Shown here one piece after another: positions 53,062 to 61,710 of a stretch of DNA of 64,000 nucleotides. The notes under the pieces were generated by a model. That model did not search any database and was not told where the DNA came from. It saw only the letters and a program-made list of their open reading frames with translations. The DNA lies in assembly GCA_022703055.1 (NCBI GenBank), contig JAKLEP010000001.1, forward strand, positions 410,850 through 474,849, read 5' to 3'. This DNA comes from Candidatus Omnitrophota bacterium. GTDB taxonomy: Bacteria; Omnitrophota; Gorgyraeia; VGKH01. A program made the translations under genes and the position numbers. The first letter of the stretch is position 1. Each line of letters starts with the position of its first letter.

Positions 53062-54723
53062 ATGAGAGATTTGAAGGCCGTTATCGGCCAGGCTTTAGAT
53101 GTTAGTTTAAGTAAACTCTTCCCCGATTTAAGTCCTCAACCCCAGTCCAATATAGAAATCCCCAACGATAAAACCCACGGAGACCTTGCAAGCAATCTGG
53201 CTTTGAAAGCTTGCAAGCCATTAAAGAAATCCCCGCTTGAGATCGCCAATCAAATTAAAAATTACCTTACTGAGAATTCTAAGCAATTAGGAATAGCTGA
53301 TTATATCGGCAAGATTGAGGTCCAGTCGCCGGGTTTCATCAATTTTTTCTGCACGAATAAAATACTTTCTGAGACCATCCATGAAATTCTTGATAAGAAG
53401 GATAATTTTGGCAAGAGTGATATTGGAAAATCCAAGAAGGTTCAGATTGAGTTTGTCAGCGCCAATCCCACCGGGCCTTTAAGCGTCGCCCACGCGCGCC
53501 AGGCAGCAGTGGGTGATTCTTTGGCCAATATCATGAGTTTCCTGGGATTTAAGGTAGTTCGTGAATTTTATATTAATGACGAGGGCAATCAAATCAGGAT
53601 TCTGGGGTTATCTATTGCCAGCCGTTACAAGGAATTGTTAGGCCAGCCGGAAAGTTTTCCTGCCGACGGCTACAAAGGAAGTTATATTTATGATCTGGCC
53701 AAACAGATGATTGAATCATCCAAGCCAAAAAAGATAGAAGATATAGATTCTAATCTTGCTGAATTCTCGGAATTCGGTGCAAGCACCATCTTAAAGATTA
53801 TCAAGAAAGAATTGGAAGATTTCAAAGTAAAATTTGACATCTGGACTCCGCAGTCGGCATTGACCAAAAAAGGCGAGGTCACTAAAATCGTTGAGTTTTT
53901 AAGGAAGAAAGGATTCATCTACGATAAAGACGGCGCAGTCTGGTTTCGCTCAACCGAATTTGGCGATGACAAAGACCGCGTGCTGGTAAAAAGCGACGGA
54001 ACATTTACGTATCTTACCCCCGACATCGCCTATCATCAGGATAAATTCAGGCGCGGGTTTGACTGGGTGATTAATATTTGGGGGCCGGACCATCATGGAT
54101 ATATCGGAAGGATAAAAGCTGCGGTTCAGGCATTGGGAAGAAAAAAAGAAGATCTGTCCGTTATAATTGTGCAGCTGGCCACATTATTTAAAGACGGAGC
54201 GCCTGTTCCCATGTCCACGCGCGCCGGCCAATACGTCACGCTACAGGAAGTTTTAGATGAAATCGGCCCTGACGTCTCAAGATTCTTCTTTCTGATGCGC
54301 CGGGTGGACAGCCACTTGGATTTTGATTTATCGCTTGCCAAGAAACAGTCGCCGGAGAACCCGGTTTATTATATCCAATACGCCCACGCAAGGATCTCGA
54401 GCATTATCAAGAAATCCGGTAAGGTCGATTTTAAGAAAGCTGACCTTAATTTATTGAAAGAGCCGGAGGAGCTGGATCTGGTAAAAATACTTGCGCAATT
54501 CCCCGAAGAATTGGAAGCCTGTGTGAAAATGCTTGATCCGTTTAATCTGGTTTCATATTTGCAGCAGCTGGCTGCAGTATTCCATAAATTTTACGATACC
54601 CACAAGGTCATCAGCGAAGATGAGAAACTCATGCTTGCCCGTCTGGACTTGGTCGAGGCAACGCGCCTAGTTCTTGCCAACGGCTTAAGATTATTGAATG
54701 TCTCTGTCCCCGAGAAGATGTAG
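53062..54723 (+). CDS. argS: Arginyl-tRNA synthetase
   Basis: SANPTGPLSVAHAR (HIGH region), MSTR (KMSKS variant), DALR-like C-terminus. Confidence 0.95.
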   Translation: MRDLKAVIGQALDVSLSKLFPDLSPQPQSNIEIPNDKTHGDLASNLALKACKPLKKSPLEIANQIKNYLTENSKQLGIADYIGKIEVQSPGFINFFCTNKILSETIHEILDKKDNFGKSDIGKSKKVQIEFVSANPTGPLSVAHARQAAVGDSLANIMSFLGFKVVREFYINDEGNQIRILGLSIASRYKELLGQPESFPADGYKGSYIYDLAKQMIESSKPKKIEDIDSNLAEFSEFGASTILKIIKKELEDFKVKFDIWTPQSALTKKGEVTKIVEFLRKKGFIYDKDGAVWFRSTEFGDDKDRVLVKSDGTFTYLTPDIAYHQDKFRRGFDWVINIWGPDHHGYIGRIKAAVQALGRKKEDLSVIIVQLATLFKDGAPVPMSTRAGQYVTLQEVLDEIGPDVSRFFFLMRRVDSHLDFDLSLAKKQSPENPVYYIQYAHARISSIIKKSGKVDFKKADLNLLKEPEELDLVKILAQFPEELEACVKMLDPFNLVSYLQQLAAVFHKFYDTHKVISEDEKLMLARLDLVEATRLVLANGLRLLNVSVPEKM

Positions 54724-54725
54724 CC

Positions 54726-56408
54726 ATGCAGAATTCATGGAAGATACCAGCCCCCAATTCCGCCTTACAGCTCAAACTTAGCCAGAAACTCAATATCCAT
54801 CCTTTAATCTGCCAGATTTTAATTAACCGCGGAATGACGGACCACGAATCCTTGGGAAAATTCCTAAACGGAGATATTTCGCATCTTTACGATCCGTTTC
54901 TTTTGAAAGACATGCAAAAGGCAATAGATCGGATAAAAAAAGCCGCGCAAAATAAAGAAAAGGTTTTAGTTTTTGGCGACTATGATGCCGACGGTGTCAC
55001 CAGCTGCGCGATTTTATTAACCGCATTAAAGAAAATGGGTCTTGATACCAAATATTATATTCCTCACCGGGTGAATGAAGGCTACGGGATAAATGAGAAT
55101 GCAGTCAAATTCGCCAAGCAACATAAAATAACGCTTTTTATAAGTGTCGACTGCGGCACGGCGAATTTTAAAGAGATAGATTCGCTTAACAAAGCCAAGA
55201 TTGATGCGATTGTTATCGACCATCACAAACCGCTGGAAGATAAATTGCCTAAAGCTTTTGCCATCGTCAATCCCAAACAGCCCGGATGCAAATATCCGTT
55301 TAAGGATTTGGCAGCGGTGGGTGTGGTGTTTAAAGTCCTTCAGGCAATTTCAGGCGATAGCGCATTTGAGGATTTGGATCTGGTTTCTTTGGGCACGGTT
55401 GCCGACGTCATGGACATTACCGGAGAAAATAGGATTATCGTCAAGGAAGGATTGAAGCGCTTAAATGAAACTACAAGAGTTGGCGTTAAAGCTCTCATCG
55501 AAGCAGCGAGTCTAAAAAATAAAAAGATTACCCCCGGGTTTGTCAGTTTTATTCTGGCACCGCGAATTAATGCCAGCGGCAGGATGGATTCGGCAGAGAA
55601 ATCCTTAAAACTTTTCTTGACCGAAGACGCAGGCGAGGCGCAGATTCTGGCCAGTGATTTAAATAATCATAACCGCCAGCGGCAGAAAATAGAAGAGGAG
55701 ACTTTGCGCCAGGCGCTGGATTTAATCTCTCGCGATGTGAATTTTAAGGAGCATTATGTGATTGTCCTGGGACAGGACGGCTGGCACGAAGGCGTTTTGG
55801 GGATTGTCGCTTCCAAGATTATGGACCGATTTTACCGGCCGACCATAATTATTTCCTGGGACGAAAGATTAGGCAAGGGGTCGGCCCGCTCAATCGATAA
55901 ATTCCACATCTTTGAGGCCTTGTCCGGCTGCGCGGAATTCTTAGAAAGTTTTGGTGGCCATCAGCATGCTGCAGGATTAACAATCCTTAAAGACAATCTC
56001 GATAAATTTAGAGACGAGATTAATCGCATCGCCAAAAACACGCTTTCCGATTTAGACCTCATCCCAAGTTTAGATATTGACGCCCAGGTTCCTTTATCGG
56101 TTTTGGATGTGGATTTGGTTTCGGCAATTGAAAACTTGGAGCCTTTTGGGGTGGGAAATCCCTATCCGCTATTGTGCTCGCGCAATTTAGAGATTAAATC
56201 CAAACCGACAATTGTGGGAAAAGATACGATTAAATTCTGGGTGACGGACGGCAAATTGACTGCTCAGGCCATCGGATTCGGCCAGGCAAATTTGTTTGAT
56301 TTGGTTAGCGAAGCTGAGTCGCTAGACTTGGTTTACTCGCCATCCATAGACGACTGGCACAAACCCGCCGAGATTCAGTTGGAAATTAAAGACCTGAAAG
56401 TAAATTAG
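54726..56408 (+). CDS. recJ: Single-stranded-DNA-specific exonuclease RecJ
   Basis: DHH motifs VFGDYDADGVTS, SVDCG and VIDHHKP. DHHA1 GGHQHAAG. Confidence 0.95.
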   Translation: MQNSWKIPAPNSALQLKLSQKLNIHPLICQILINRGMTDHESLGKFLNGDISHLYDPFLLKDMQKAIDRIKKAAQNKEKVLVFGDYDADGVTSCAILLTALKKMGLDTKYYIPHRVNEGYGINENAVKFAKQHKITLFISVDCGTANFKEIDSLNKAKIDAIVIDHHKPLEDKLPKAFAIVNPKQPGCKYPFKDLAAVGVVFKVLQAISGDSAFEDLDLVSLGTVADVMDITGENRIIVKEGLKRLNETTRVGVKALIEAASLKNKKITPGFVSFILAPRINASGRMDSAEKSLKLFLTEDAGEAQILASDLNNHNRQRQKIEEETLRQALDLISRDVNFKEHYVIVLGQDGWHEGVLGIVASKIMDRFYRPTIIISWDERLGKGSARSIDKFHIFEALSGCAEFLESFGGHQHAAGLTILKDNLDKFRDEINRIAKNTLSDLDLIPSLDIDAQVPLSVLDVDLVSAIENLEPFGVGNPYPLLCSRNLEIKSKPTIVGKDTIKFWVTDGKLTAQAIGFGQANLFDLVSEAESLDLVYSPSIDDWHKPAEIQLEIKDLKVN

Positions 56409-56632
56409 GCTTTTTGGACTTTTCCCGCCTTGATGCATTTGGCGCAGACCATCACGGTTCTAACTGAGCCGTTGATAATCGCTTTGATCCTTTGCACGTT
56501 AGGCAAGAAAACTTTTTTGGTGGTACGGGTGGTCTTTTTACCCACGCCGCCTTTTTTCTTGGCGAGACCTTTTCTTTTGATTGTTCTTCCGGCCATCGGG
56601 CCGACACCGCAGATTACGCATCTTCTAGACAT
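56405..56632 (-). CDS. rpmB: 50S ribosomal protein L28 (Cys-containing form)
   Basis: MSRRCVICGVGPMAGRTIKRKG... with CxxC ... CxxC. The only convincing minus-strand gene. 4-nt convergent overlap with recJ. Confidence 0.95.
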   Translation of the reverse strand: MSRRCVICGVGPMAGRTIKRKGLAKKKGGVGKKTTRTTKKVFLPNVQRIKAIINGSVRTVMVCAKCIKAGKVQKA

Positions 56633-56666
56633 GATTTAATCTCCTTAAATTTGAATTAATACAAGC

Positions 56667-56694
56667 ATTGTACTGAAAAACCAAGAATTGTCAA
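56667..56694 (-). promoter_or_regulatory. Sigma-70-type promoter for rpmB
   Basis: On the minus strand: TTGACA (56694-56689), 16-nt spacer, TACAAT (56672-56667). Confidence 0.5.
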
Positions 56695-56782
56695 GGCAAA
56701 ATTCAGTTGATAAACGAGGCCCGATGGCCAAATTCAAAAATCACCTAAACCCCGATATCGTGATATAATAAGGAAAATTAAG

Positions 56783-56811
56783 GGAACTTTTATCGTTAAT
56801 CTATTGTCTAA
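56783..56811 (+). promoter_or_regulatory. ECF-type promoter upstream of the ECF sigma gene (autoregulatory candidate)
   Basis: AAGGGAACTTTT ... TGTCTAA, i.e. GAACTT (56784-89), 17 nt, TCTAA (56807-11). Same geometry as the second copy at 57853-57881. Confidence 0.65.
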
Positions 56812-56829
56812 GAAAGTGAAAAGAAAATT

Positions 56830-57384
56830 ATGCAGGATATATCCGATAAAATATTAGTCCAGGCTGCAGCCGGTGACATGGATAGTTTCCACGAGATTTA
56901 CAAGGCGACGAGCGGCTTTGTCTACAACGTGGCGCACCGCATCACCAATAGCCGCGAGGACGCCGAAGACGTCACTCAGGAGGTTTTCTTGAAGATACAC
57001 AAGAACTTAAACAATTTCCAGTTCCGTTCGTCTTTTAAGACCTGGGTTTATCGGATTACGGTCAACACCGCGATTAATGCCACCAAAAAGACATCTAAGG
57101 ATTTAAACCGCAGGGTGGATTTTGATAAGGCAATTCAGTCGCTGGGAGATGCGCCAAAAGAATCAGGCGTGGATAAAGAGGCAAATGAATTAAAAGTAAA
57201 GGCATTATTGGATAAGCTTAATCCCGACCAGCGCGCCTGTGTCGTGCTTAGAGAAATAGAAGGCTTAAGTTATGAAGAGATTGCAAAATCTTTAAAGATA
57301 AATTTAAATACCGTGCGCTCGCGCTTAAAACGGGCGCGCGCGATGCTCATGAATATCGGGCAGAAAAGAGGAGACCTAAAATGA
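56830..57384 (+). CDS. ECF (group IV) RNA polymerase sigma factor
   Basis: Region 2 (DAEDVTQEVFLKIH) and region 4 (LREIEGLSYEEIAKSLKINLNTVRSRL). Confidence 0.9.
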   Translation: MQDISDKILVQAAAGDMDSFHEIYKATSGFVYNVAHRITNSREDAEDVTQEVFLKIHKNLNNFQFRSSFKTWVYRITVNTAINATKKTSKDLNRRVDFDKAIQSLGDAPKESGVDKEANELKVKALLDKLNPDQRACVVLREIEGLSYEEIAKSLKINLNTVRSRLKRARAMLMNIGQKRGDLK

Positions 57385-57851
57385 ACTGCGAAAAGATAAA
57401 AGAATTAGTTTTGACGGATTTTTCCGATAACCGCCTGGATGAAAAGACCAAGTGGCAAGTCAATCAGCATCTTGATTCCTGCGCTAATTGCCGCGAATTT
57501 TACATCTCGGTGAATAAAGTTGCCATTGATCCGTTCAAGAAAATAGAGAAAGAAACCCCGCCGGATTATTTGTGGTATCGCATCAAGGAAAGAATCGGCG
57601 ATGCCAAACCAAAGCCTGCCTTTAGCGGAGTTTTTGAAGGCCTGCAGGTGTTTTTCCACCCCAAACCGGCGTTTGCCCTGGCAACTATCGCTATGGTGAT
57701 TATAGTTGCCTCGGTTCTGTTTCGGCCGTACTTAAGGGATAGGGAGCTGAATATCTATCTCAACGACCAGATGGATTTTGTTTCTAATCTTGGTCAAAAC
57801 GGAAGCCCGCAGATAAATCTGGGAACTTCGGTAGAAGAATTTTTACTCTAA
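57381..57851 (+). CDS. Anti-sigma factor (zf-HC2, single TM)
   Basis: HLDSCANCREF (Hx3Cx2C), one TM (AFALATIAMVIIVASVLF), 4-nt overlap with the sigma gene. Confidence 0.75.
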   Translation: MNCEKIKELVLTDFSDNRLDEKTKWQVNQHLDSCANCREFYISVNKVAIDPFKKIEKETPPDYLWYRIKERIGDAKPKPAFSGVFEGLQVFFHPKPAFALATIAMVIIVASVLFRPYLRDRELNIYLNDQMDFVSNLGQNGSPQINLGTSVEEFLL

Positions 57852-57852
57852 G

Positions 57853-57881
57853 GGAACTTTTTAAAATGTTCATCTGTCTAA
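57853..57881 (+). promoter_or_regulatory. Second ECF-type promoter, upstream of the Spy/CpxP-like gene
   Basis: AAGGGAACTTTTT ... TGTCTAA, i.e. GAACTT (57854-59), 17 nt, TCTAA (57877-81). Confidence 0.65.
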
Positions 57882-57904
57882 CCTAGTGAAAGGAGGCGAT
57901 TAAG

Positions 57905-58444
57905 ATGAACGTAAAATTAAATAAGATATTAATGTTAGTAGTAGCCTTAGGTTTTTTAGGGTTTACGACTTTGGCTTCGGCTGCCGAAACTCAAACTGAA
58001 GCCAATCAGGCCGTTCAAACTCCCGGGAAGGCATTCCAACAGAAGCGGCAAGCGATGGCGGATAATTTCGCCAAGGAACTTGGCTTGACTGACGAGCAGC
58101 AGGCGCAGCTTAAGGCGCAGCGTGAACAACAAAAGAAGGAAAATCAGGCTGTAAGAGAACAACTCAGAGCCAAGAACCAGGAATTAAGGCAGGAGTTGGA
58201 AAAGGCGACCATTGATGAAGCCAAAGTCAGTGGCCTGGTTAGCGAGATCACCGCTCTTGAAGGTAAGAAATTAAATCAGCATGTTGCAGGCGTAATCGCT
58301 ACGAAAAAAATTCTTACTCCCGAGCAGCAGGCCAAGATGAAGGCCAAAATGGATGAGCGCAAAGAGCACATGCGCCATAAAATGGGCGGTAAAATGGGCG
58401 GCGGCGCAAGAGAGCGCATGGAAGAAAGATTCGACACCAAATAA
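57905..58444 (+). CDS. Periplasmic Spy/CpxP-family (LTXXQ) protein
   Basis: Signal peptide. Two LTxxQ motifs (LGLTDEQQAQLKA, LTPEQQAKMKA). Helical, Q/K/E-rich. Confidence 0.75.
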   Translation: MNVKLNKILMLVVALGFLGFTTLASAAETQTEANQAVQTPGKAFQQKRQAMADNFAKELGLTDEQQAQLKAQREQQKKENQAVREQLRAKNQELRQELEKATIDEAKVSGLVSEITALEGKKLNQHVAGVIATKKILTPEQQAKMKAKMDERKEHMRHKMGGKMGGGARERMEERFDTK

Positions 58445-58475
58445 CCCGTATGGCTGGTAAAAGGGGGCAATTAAA

Positions 58476-59057
58476 ATGAAAAAGATAATTTTAAATAGAA
58501 GATTTTTGATCGCAACGCTACTTTGCCTTGGCCTTCTTTCGGCTTCGGTTGATGCCTTTGCCCGCGATGAGCGAGGCCACGACCGGGGCTATAGCCATGG
58601 CAGAAGCGGCGGCAAGCGTGAAGTAGTAGTGGTAAACCATCATAGATATTATTATGATGACGGCAGGTTCTACCGGCCGGGTTGGTTTGGTTTCAGGATC
58701 TCTATCGGCACACCGCCGGTGGGGATAGTGATTTCCTATCTTCCGGCGCGGCATAAGACCTTGGTTATTGGGAACACAACATATTATTATTGCGACAATG
58801 TCTACTACAAGCCGGTTCCTCAGGGATATGTGGTGGTTCCTGCGCCGGTGGTGGCTTCCAATGCTCAGGTGATTGTGCAGCAGCCTCAAGGTGTGATTGG
58901 TGAGACCGTGGTTATCAACGTGCCTAATATTAACGGCAGTTATACCCCGGTTGTTTTGACTAAGAGCGGCAATGGTTATATCGGGCCGCAGGGTGAGTTT
59001 TATCCCGGCAATCCCACTGTGGAGCAGCTAAGAGCTTTATACGGAAAACAGGGATAG
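58476..59057 (+). CDS. Secreted hypothetical protein with Tyr-rich repeats
   Basis: Signal peptide (..VDAFA|RDE). Repeated HRYYYDDGRFYRP / TTYYYCDNVYYKP motifs. Part of the ECF operon by position. Confidence 0.55.
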   Translation: MKKIILNRRFLIATLLCLGLLSASVDAFARDERGHDRGYSHGRSGGKREVVVVNHHRYYYDDGRFYRPGWFGFRISIGTPPVGIVISYLPARHKTLVIGNTTYYYCDNVYYKPVPQGYVVVPAPVVASNAQVIVQQPQGVIGETVVINVPNINGSYTPVVLTKSGNGYIGPQGEFYPGNPTVEQLRALYGKQG

Positions 59058-59081
59058 AGGGATAGCTTAGGTTTTAATGAA

Positions 59082-59123
59082 GGGCCCCCGCCACTGAAAC
59101 AATGGCAGGGGCCCTCATTTTTT
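59082..59123 (+). terminator. Intrinsic terminator after the ECF module
   Basis: GGGCCCCCGCCA (59082-93) / TGGCAGGGGCCC (59103-14) pairs 11 of 12 positions. 9-nt loop, followed by TCATTTTTT. Confidence 0.8.
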
Positions 59124-59124
59124 A

Positions 59125-59153
59125 TTGCTAAATTCAATATCCTAAGTTACAAT
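59125..59153 (+). promoter_or_regulatory. Sigma-70-type promoter for pyk
   Basis: TTGCTA (59125-30), 17 nt, TACAAT (59148-53). Confidence 0.5.
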
Positions 59154-59195
59154 AGCCTTATCAATACCCGATAAGCGGTTTTTATATTACGAGAC

Positions 59196-60230
59196 ATGGT
59201 TAAAACTAAGATTATCTGTACTTTAGGCCCATCAAGTTCCACTTCTGCCGTCATCCGCAATATGACCCTGGCAGGAATGGATGTTGCGCGCCTGAATTTC
59301 TCCCACGGAAACCACGAGGCGCACAAAAATTACATCGATATCGTGCGTTCGATCAATAAAAAATACCACCGGGCCGTAAAGATATTGGGCGACCTGGAAG
59401 GAAACCGCATCCGCATCGGCAAATTAAAGAACCATAAGCCCCTGGTTTTAACCAGAAGAAAGATATTTTATCTTACCAATCGCAGTTTGGCAGGCAGCAA
59501 TAATATCGCCGGCTTTGACTATCAAGGTGAGCTTTCCGATATCAAAAAGAACCAGCTGATTTTTATCGATGACGGAAATATCTGCCTGAAAGTGAAAGCG
59601 GTAAGTAGCGATATGCTAAAGACCGAGGTCGTTTCCGGCGGCCTGCTAAAAGAGAATAAGGGGATAAATATCCCAGCAGCAAGGCTTAAATTTCACCGCA
59701 TAACCGAGAAGGATAAAATAGACTTGGCTTTCTGCATTAGGCATAAGGTTGATTATATCGCCCAGTCTTTTGTCAGGGATAAAAAGGATATTTTAAAGAT
59801 AAGGCAGATATTAGCGAATAGATTGCCGGGTGTTAAGATTATCGCCAAGATAGAAAACAAAGACGGCATAAGGAATATCGATGGGATTATTGATGTATCG
59901 GATGGCATAATGATTGCCCGCGGCGATATGGGGATATCGATTCCGATTTACCAGATACCGGTAGTCCAGAAAGAGATTATAGCTAAGTGCAATAAGAACG
60001 GAAAGTTTGTCATCACCGCTACTCAGATGCTTGAGAGCATGGTGGAAGAGAAGATTCCGCACCGCTCGGAGGTAACCGATGTCGCCAACGCGATTTTAGA
60101 CGGGAGCGATTTTGTCATGCTTTCGGCAGAGACTGCCGCCGGAAAATATCCGGTTGAGTCAGCCAGGATGATGAACCAGATAATCAAGTTTACGGAAGGC
60201 TCAAGGATTTATAAAAACAGGCCGGAATAA
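59196..60230 (+). CDS. pyk: Pyruvate kinase, A+B domains only (C-terminal domain absent)
   Basis: KIICTLGPSS, ARLNFSHG, MIARGDMGISIP, TATQMLESM and LSAETAAGKYP. Stops at 344 aa, roughly where the C domain normally starts. Confidence 0.85.
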   Translation: MVKTKIICTLGPSSSTSAVIRNMTLAGMDVARLNFSHGNHEAHKNYIDIVRSINKKYHRAVKILGDLEGNRIRIGKLKNHKPLVLTRRKIFYLTNRSLAGSNNIAGFDYQGELSDIKKNQLIFIDDGNICLKVKAVSSDMLKTEVVSGGLLKENKGINIPAARLKFHRITEKDKIDLAFCIRHKVDYIAQSFVRDKKDILKIRQILANRLPGVKIIAKIENKDGIRNIDGIIDVSDGIMIARGDMGISIPIYQIPVVQKEIIAKCNKNGKFVITATQMLESMVEEKIPHRSEVTDVANAILDGSDFVMLSAETAAGKYPVESARMMNQIIKFTEGSRIYKNRPE

Positions 60231-60244
60231 GCGGACTAGATGTT

Positions 60245-60325
60245 GGGCCCCTCACCTTTTTAGTATTCAAGAGGTTTTTAATTTGAGCTTTAAAGCACGT
60301 TGAACGGAGAAAAGGTGAGGGGCCC
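60245..60325. repeat. Perfect 16-bp GC-rich inverted repeat with a 49-nt spacer
   Basis: GGGCCCCTCACCTTTT (60245-60) and AAAAGGTGAGGGGCCC (60310-25), followed by CTTTGTTTT. Lies at the pyk/island junction. Confidence 0.8.
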
Positions 60326-60337
60326 CTTTGTTTTATC

Positions 60338-60365
60338 TTGACAAACTTTAGTCAAAAGTTATAAT
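60338..60365 (+). promoter_or_regulatory. Near-consensus sigma-70 promoter for the ORF6N gene
   Basis: TTGACA (60338-43), 16 nt, TATAAT (60360-65). Confidence 0.65.
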
Positions 60366-60395
60366 ATACCCGACAATTAAATTTCGCTTACCAAA

Positions 60396-60425
60396 CCTTC
60401 AGGAGAGAATTCCTGGAGGTTTTTT
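60396..60425 (+). promoter_or_regulatory. Leader hairpin + U-tract sequestering the SD of the ORF6N gene (copy A)
   Basis: CCTTCAGGA (60396-404) pairs with TCCTGGAGG (60411-19), one G-U pair. TTTTTT follows and ATG 60426 comes directly after. The GGAGG SD lies in the 3' arm. Confidence 0.6.
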
Positions 60426-60965
60426 ATGGTCAAAAAAGAATCAAAGACGGTAATCAAGGTTACGCCTGCCGGTATTATCGAGGACATGATTTATATAGTC
60501 CGCGGGCAAAAGGTAATGTTGGATAGTGACCTCTCTCAACTCTATGGCGTAAAAACAAAATCACTCAATCTCGCCGTCAAAAGAAATATTGACAGATTCC
60601 CGCATGATTTTATGTTCCAGTTAACTAAAGAAGAGTTTGCTAACTTGAGGTTTCAATTTGAAACCTCAAGTTGGGGCGGTATTAGATATCTGCCTTTTGT
60701 TTTTACTGAACAGGGCGTAGCTATGCTTTCTTCGGTTCTAAACAGCAAAAGAGCCATCCAGGTCAATATCGCCATAATGAGGACGTTTATCAAATTGCGC
60801 CGGATGATTTTGACTCACAAAGAAATGCGTCGCAAAATTGAGGAGATGGAGAAAAGATACGACAAGCAGTTTAAGGTTGTCTTTACCGCACTAAAGGAGT
60901 TATTGGACCATTCCAAAGAACCACAGAAGCCGAGGGCGAGAATTGGATTCCATCCTGACAAATAG
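60426..60965 (+). CDS. ORF6N (KilA-N-related) DNA-binding domain protein
   Basis: IVRGQKVMLDSDLSQLYGVKTKSLNLAVKRNIDRFPHDFMFQLT is the ORF6N hallmark. Coiled-coil C-terminus. Confidence 0.8.
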   Translation: MVKKESKTVIKVTPAGIIEDMIYIVRGQKVMLDSDLSQLYGVKTKSLNLAVKRNIDRFPHDFMFQLTKEEFANLRFQFETSSWGGIRYLPFVFTEQGVAMLSSVLNSKRAIQVNIAIMRTFIKLRRMILTHKEMRRKIEEMEKRYDKQFKVVFTALKELLDHSKEPQKPRARIGFHPDK

Positions 60966-60977
60966 AACTTTTTTCTT

Positions 60978-61263
60978 GCCCCCACACCAATTTATGTTTT
61001 ACGTCTATTTATTAAAAAGCAAAAAAGATAACAAGCTTTATCTCGGATCCACTAATGACTTGGAGCGAAGGCTAAAAGAACATAATGATGGCAAAGTTTT
61101 TTCTACAAAGCCAAGAAGGCCATTTGAATTAATATATTATGAGGCTTATAAGTCTGAAAAAGATGCCCGCTATCGAGAAAAGAACCTTAAATTGCGTTCT
61201 CGAGCATACACTCAGTTAAAAAAACGCATTCTTGGCAGTATTTCCTAAAATTGGTGTGGGGGC
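60978..61263. repeat. Perfect 16-bp inverted repeats bracketing the GIY-YIG ORF
   Basis: GCCCCCACACCAATTT (60978-93) abuts ATG 60994. AAATTGGTGTGGGGGC (61248-63) overlaps the last base of the stop codon (TAA 61246-48). Confidence 0.85.
60994..61248 (+). CDS. Small GIY-YIG nuclease-domain protein (84 aa)
   Basis: MFYVYLLKS ... LYLGSTNDLERRLKEHN ... Y..E...A..REK pattern. Start moved from 60943 because the track's start overlaps the ORF6N gene. Confidence 0.8.
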   Translation: MFYVYLLKSKKDNKLYLGSTNDLERRLKEHNDGKVFSTKPRRPFELIYYEAYKSEKDARYREKNLKLRSRAYTQLKKRILGSIS

Positions 61264-61333
61264 TTGCCAAAATCACCAAATAGGGTTATGATAATTCTAT
61301 TCGCTAAAGCTTTATAAACAGATAAGGAGGAAA

Positions 61334-61558
61334 ATGAAGGCTATCCAGATTTTACTTTGTTGCCTTGGCATAGTAATCGGTTTATTCGTATTCTTAAAGC
61401 CGGCCATAGCCATTGAAATGCAGAGGAAGTTTTACGCGATAATTAACTGGCGGCTTGAGCCCATCTCTATGGAGAAGGAAATCAAAAATACCAAGCTCAT
61501 GGGCTTTGGCTTATTTGTAGTCACCGTAGTGGCCATGGTCTATGCACTGGTCAAATAA
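61334..61558 (+). CDS. Small two-TM membrane protein
   Basis: AAGGAGG RBS and two hydrophobic helices. No family recognised. Confidence 0.45.
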   Translation: MKAIQILLCCLGIVIGLFVFLKPAIAIEMQRKFYAIINWRLEPISMEKEIKNTKLMGFGLFVVTVVAMVYALVK

Positions 61559-61583
61559 TCAAGAAGCAATGCTTTCGTAGCTC

Positions 61584-61612
61584 TTGTAAAAAGAGTGAGT
61601 TAGAGTTATCAT
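61584..61612 (+). promoter_or_regulatory. Candidate sigma-70 promoter for the HsdR-like gene
   Basis: TTGTAA (61584-89), 17 nt, TATCAT (61607-12). Context cTTGxxAa...agtTATxATata resembles the ORF6N promoter. Confidence 0.45.
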
Positions 61613-61680
61613 ATAGCTTAAAGTAGCACCTTACATTATGAATCCAATTAAAATTACAGACTATTAACGCCAATCGCTTG

Positions 61681-61710
61681 CCTCCAGGAAGATAAAGCTG
61701 GAGGTTTTTT
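61681..61710 (+). promoter_or_regulatory. Leader hairpin + U-tract (copy B), upstream of the HsdR-like gene
   Basis: CCTCCAG (61681-87) / CTGGAGG (61698-704) followed by TTTTTT. Shares TCGCTT.CC...CAGGA.A.AA...CTGGAGGTTTTTTA(A)TGGT with copy A. Confidence 0.55.

Noticed and set aside
56430-56639. 69-aa + strand ORF opposite rpmB
   Set aside because: It is the antisense frame of a clearly recognisable L28 gene. The product is a hydrophobic artefact.
60943-60993. Upstream extension of the GIY-YIG ORF
   Set aside because: It overlaps the ORF6N gene end and runs through the left inverted repeat. GIY-YIG proteins normally begin a few residues before the YVY motif, which fits ATG 60994.
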